From assembly GCA_964016885.1 (NCBI GenBank), contig OZ024742.1, positions 377,456,001-377,520,000 of the forward strand: a DNA stretch of 64,000 nucleotides, given 5' to 3'. The position numbers and the translations under genes were made by a program. The DNA is from Eledone cirrhosa (taxonomy: Eukaryota). Of the stretch, positions 60,794 to 64,000 are shown one piece after another; position 1 is the first letter of the stretch; each line of letters opens with the position of its first letter. The notes beneath the pieces are model-generated. The model was not told the DNA's origin. It saw only the letters and a list, made by a program, of their open reading frames with translations, and did no database searches.

Positions 60794-60801
<8 letters not shown>
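60304..60801. mobile_element. Family H: ~198-bp inverted arms with a ~100-bp spacer containing a degenerate HHR-like motif (60501-60535, minus)
   Basis: 60304-60502 and 60603-60801 are reverse complements; minus strand UUGACAA GCGC ACCUCA GCGU GAAA GGUC. Confidence 0.7.
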
Positions 60802-60891
<90 letters not shown>

Positions 60892-60956
60892 GTTATGGAA
60901 TACTGTTAGCTTCTCGCTACAACAATTTCTATACTTTTCATTTATATATATATGTG

Positions 60957-61105
<149 letters not shown>

Positions 61106-61130
61106 GAATATATATATATATATATATATA

Positions 61131-61186
<56 letters not shown>

Positions 61187-61190
<4 letters not shown>

Positions 61191-61492
61191 ACGGTCTGTA
61201 CCTCTCTCGCTCATGAAATCAACTCAGCTTATGCTGACCGGACAACCATGCTGTTTGTTTATTTTCCTATCTTCGGTTCGCTTTTTTCCTTTTATGTTGT
61301 TTACTTGTCCCCCTCGTCTTACGCGAATTCTGGTCCCAATAGCATTATTTAGCTATTGCTCGCACCAATCTAAGGTATCTGATTTTTAATGCGATCAAAT
61401 ACCAATGATGGTTGGAAAATCACTGACGAAGGACTATTTTTATTATATGTAACCCATGTGCAAACCACGCAGTATTCTTCTTTCTTCTCATG

Positions 61493-61494
<2 letters not shown>
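61187..61494 (+). other. Repeat fragment between (TA)n tracts with an isolated CUGACGA AGG; its start also occurs inverted at about 57606-57628
   Basis: CAATACGGTCTGTACC vs GGTACAGACCGTGTTG; no GAAA half of an HHR found. Confidence 0.35.
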
Positions 61495-61551
<57 letters not shown>

Positions 61552-61585
61552 TGTGAGAAAAACCACAGACCCTCCATCTCAACTC

Positions 61586-61625
61586 TACTTTTGAAAAGCA
61601 GAAGAACTGTGAAACCGGTAAAGGA
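61586..61625 (+). ncRNA. Minimal type I hammerhead, U3-A8 core variant (family I, element about 61550-61760)
   Basis: UACUU UUGAAAA GCAG AAGAA CUGU GAAA CCGG UA AAGGA; palindromic stem III ACCGGU. Confidence 0.65.
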
Positions 61626-61754
61626 ACCAAATAAATATATATATATTTTTTAAAATAAGACTCCAGTTGCATTTTCGATTTCATCTGTTTTTCTTTATAC
61701 TTTCACTCGTGTAGGACACCTCGGTTATTTTTCATTTTGTAAAAAAACCCTCAC

Positions 61755-61808
<54 letters not shown>

Positions 61809-61819
61809 TTCTTCTTCTT

Positions 61820-61901
61820 CCTATTACCCACTCTACTACCCTAAGTATTGAGTACTTTGGTGCGTTATGGTCCACCTGGTTCCTTACCACATTTCCTTCG
61901 T

Positions 61902-61903
<2 letters not shown>
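61820..61903 (+). mobile_element. Family G 3' fragment
   Basis: Near-identical to 59994-60077. Confidence 0.8.
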
Positions 61904-61934
<31 letters not shown>

Positions 61935-61935
61935 T

Positions 61936-62120
61936 GCCCCGTTTTTTTATTTGGGTGCCCGTTTTTCATTTGGGTGCCCCGTTTTTTTATGGGGGGGGGG
62001 GTCCGTTTTTTATTTGGTTGTCCCGTTTTTTTAAGGGGGATCCGTTTTTTATTTGAGTGCCCCGTTTTTTTATGTGGGGGGGGGTCCGTTTTTTATTTGG
62101 GTGCCCCGTTTTTTTATGGG
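61936..62120. repeat. ~21-bp degenerate minisatellite (GGGTGCCCCGTTTTTTTATTT-like), about 9 units
   Basis: Recurrent CCGTTTTTT with G runs. Confidence 0.85.
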
Positions 62121-62434
62121 GATACGTGATATATACATATGAAGATAAAAAATTAAAATTGTTTGAAGAAGCTTTATGTATACGCACATGTCTATGCACA
62201 ATGACACAATGGAGTTATTTAGAGAAATAGAAGGCGGATGAAATAGGGAAAACAGAAATGAATGCAGCAGGAAAACAAACAATCCTATTCCTTTGTTTTT
62301 ATTCCTCTTAATATTTGGAATCCTTGAAACACAGACGCCATTATTACATTTGTCTTTCTGGATGGTTACTTACCCCTCAATATCAACATTTTGTTTTTCT
62401 ATCTGCATGGACGTGCGGCCTGAGTTATTACTCG

Positions 62435-62610
62435 CTTCTTCTTCTTCTTCTTCTTCTTCTCCCCCCCCCTCCCCCTCCTCCTCCTCCTCCTCCTCCTCCT
62501 CCTCCTTCTTCTTTTTCTTTTTCTTTTTCTTTTTCTTTTTCTTTTTCTTTTTCTATCTAACGATCCATCCTCCTCCCCTCTCTCCCTTTCCTCTTTCTCT
62601 CTTTCTTTAC
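62435..62610. repeat. Compound pyrimidine microsatellite (CTT)n(CCT)n(TTTTTC)n
   Basis: Direct reading. Confidence 0.9.
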
Positions 62611-62723
62611 ATATACATACATACACATATATATCTACATATATATATATATATATGCATCCATTCGTATATATATATGTATATATATATGTATATATAT
62701 ATATATATTATACCGTATATGTG

Positions 62724-62818
<95 letters not shown>

Positions 62819-63135
62819 TTAGGGCTTGATAAATTGTCTGAATACCCAAAGAAAATATTGTATATTTGAAGGTTTCCAAAAATAAGTTGCTTTCATAAAT
62901 CTAATTCCAATTAAAGGTAATATACAATTGATTTAAGTAACATTCCCTGGAGATTTAACTACAAACGAACATTTGCAAACACTCCGAATGTATTTAGTGA
63001 ACAAAAGAGATGTTCCTACAAATACCATACATTTTTCAATCAATCATATCTTCGATAGCGACGATGAATAGAAAAGAAAAGAAAGTTATGACACAGCAAC
63101 AATAACTATATGTATATATATAGAGAGAGAGATGC

Positions 63136-63183
<48 letters not shown>

Positions 63184-63260
63184 TATATATATTTTATATA
63201 TATATATATATGTATATATATAACAAATATTATTATTAATATTCGAAAAACTCAGATTAC

Positions 63261-63321
<61 letters not shown>

Positions 63322-63587
63322 TGTGTGTGTGTGTGTGTGTATAATACAAATCTGCATGTGTTTGTTTTTATGTGAATGATTCATATTGATGTTCTAATAG
63401 GATCCACTATTTTCTGAAAACAGATTTAGAAAGTTATACTAAGAAATATTTATTGTTTAGTTATGCTCTTTATTTAACACGCAGAAGAAAATCAACTCTA
63501 TACAAATTAGATATGTATTTAAAATTTGTTGAATATGCAACACACACACACACACATACACACACATACACACACACATATATATAT

Positions 63588-63789
63588 AACGCACCAGAGT
63601 ACTCAATACTTAGGCTAGTAGAGTGGGTAATAAGAAAATGTATGACCCCGATGGCAGAGCTCAAGCCGTTTCGGCGGCAATTTCTGGACGTTTTTGGCGA
63701 CGGCTATTTCTGGACGTTCGACGGCTATTTCTGAGTCCAGAAATACCCGTCGAAACGGCTTGAGCCCTGCCGTCGGGGTCATACATTTT

Positions 63790-63792
<3 letters not shown>
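63588..63792. mobile_element. Family G relative: second half-hammerhead palindrome with a triplicated stem II arm at the centre
   Basis: GAAAATGTATGACCCCGA... / ...TCGGGGTCATACATTTTC; CGACGGCTATTTCTG-like x3 at about 63672-63733. Confidence 0.7.
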
Positions 63793-63822
<30 letters not shown>

Positions 63823-63824
<2 letters not shown>

Positions 63825-64000
63825 TTCACCGTATTTTTGACTAAAGAAATTTTAGTCTGATAATGGGGTTTAGAACCCTCAGATAAATGGAAAAAGATGA
63901 GTATTGACGTACATGGAGTCGACCCACATCTTTGGTTATACAGACCACTGTGCTAGCATTACACCAACACATCACGAGGTGATGTGTTGGTGTAATGGTA
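63823..64000. mobile_element. Second family C locus: minus tRNA-like copy (63905-63973) and an inverted copy starting at 63981, cut by the window end
   Basis: Matches 45634-45786; palindrome centre ACATCAC-GAG-GTGATGT. Confidence 0.8.

Noticed and set aside
42820-60801. Inverted repeats as MITE or DNA-transposon TIRs
   Set aside because: Arms are unequal, permuted or tandemly redundant, contain ribozyme or tRNA motifs, and have variable centres; this fits PLE-type retrotransposition better.
61423-61480. CUGACGAAGG as another complete hammerhead
   Set aside because: No GAAA or convincing stem II partner; at most a decayed remnant.
62368-62552. Possible minus-strand exon (E-rich...ASNNSGRTSMQIEKQNVDIEG) ending at a GG|GTAAGT donor
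   Set aside because: No polypyrimidine acceptor, frame is mostly microsatellite with an upstream stop, and no partner exons; needs RNA-seq.

Overview
Eukaryotic (animal) heterochromatin-like window with no intact protein-coding gene. The SINE and LINE content resembles an octopus/cephalopod genome (inference). 1-41.3 kb is an AT-rich satellite of 29/34-bp monomers (TCAACATAACTGTAACTATAT[ATTAT]ATTATATA). It has kb-scale higher-order duplications and is interrupted near its edge by three copies of a non-autonomous Helitron; a fourth copy is at 58.6 kb. 41.3-64 kb is a mosaic of (TA)n, (ATT)n and (GA)n microsatellites holding decayed retroelements: three R4/Dong-like LINEs, two L1/Tx1-like 3' fragments, three tRNA-derived SINEs, and one Penelope-like element (PLE) whose inverted arm is split by about 7.5 kb of nested insertions. 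The main signal the ORF track misses is a set of unrelated non-coding elements between the (TA)n tracts. They are mostly head-to-head inverted repeats, and most carry type I hammerhead ribozyme (HHR) motifs: 4 families with full cores, 1 with half-cores and 2-3 degenerate. One similarly built ~260-bp family carries a tRNA-like cloverleaf and a Pol III terminator instead of an HHR. All structures were read by eye, so boundaries of decayed elements are approximate and no activity is demonstrated.
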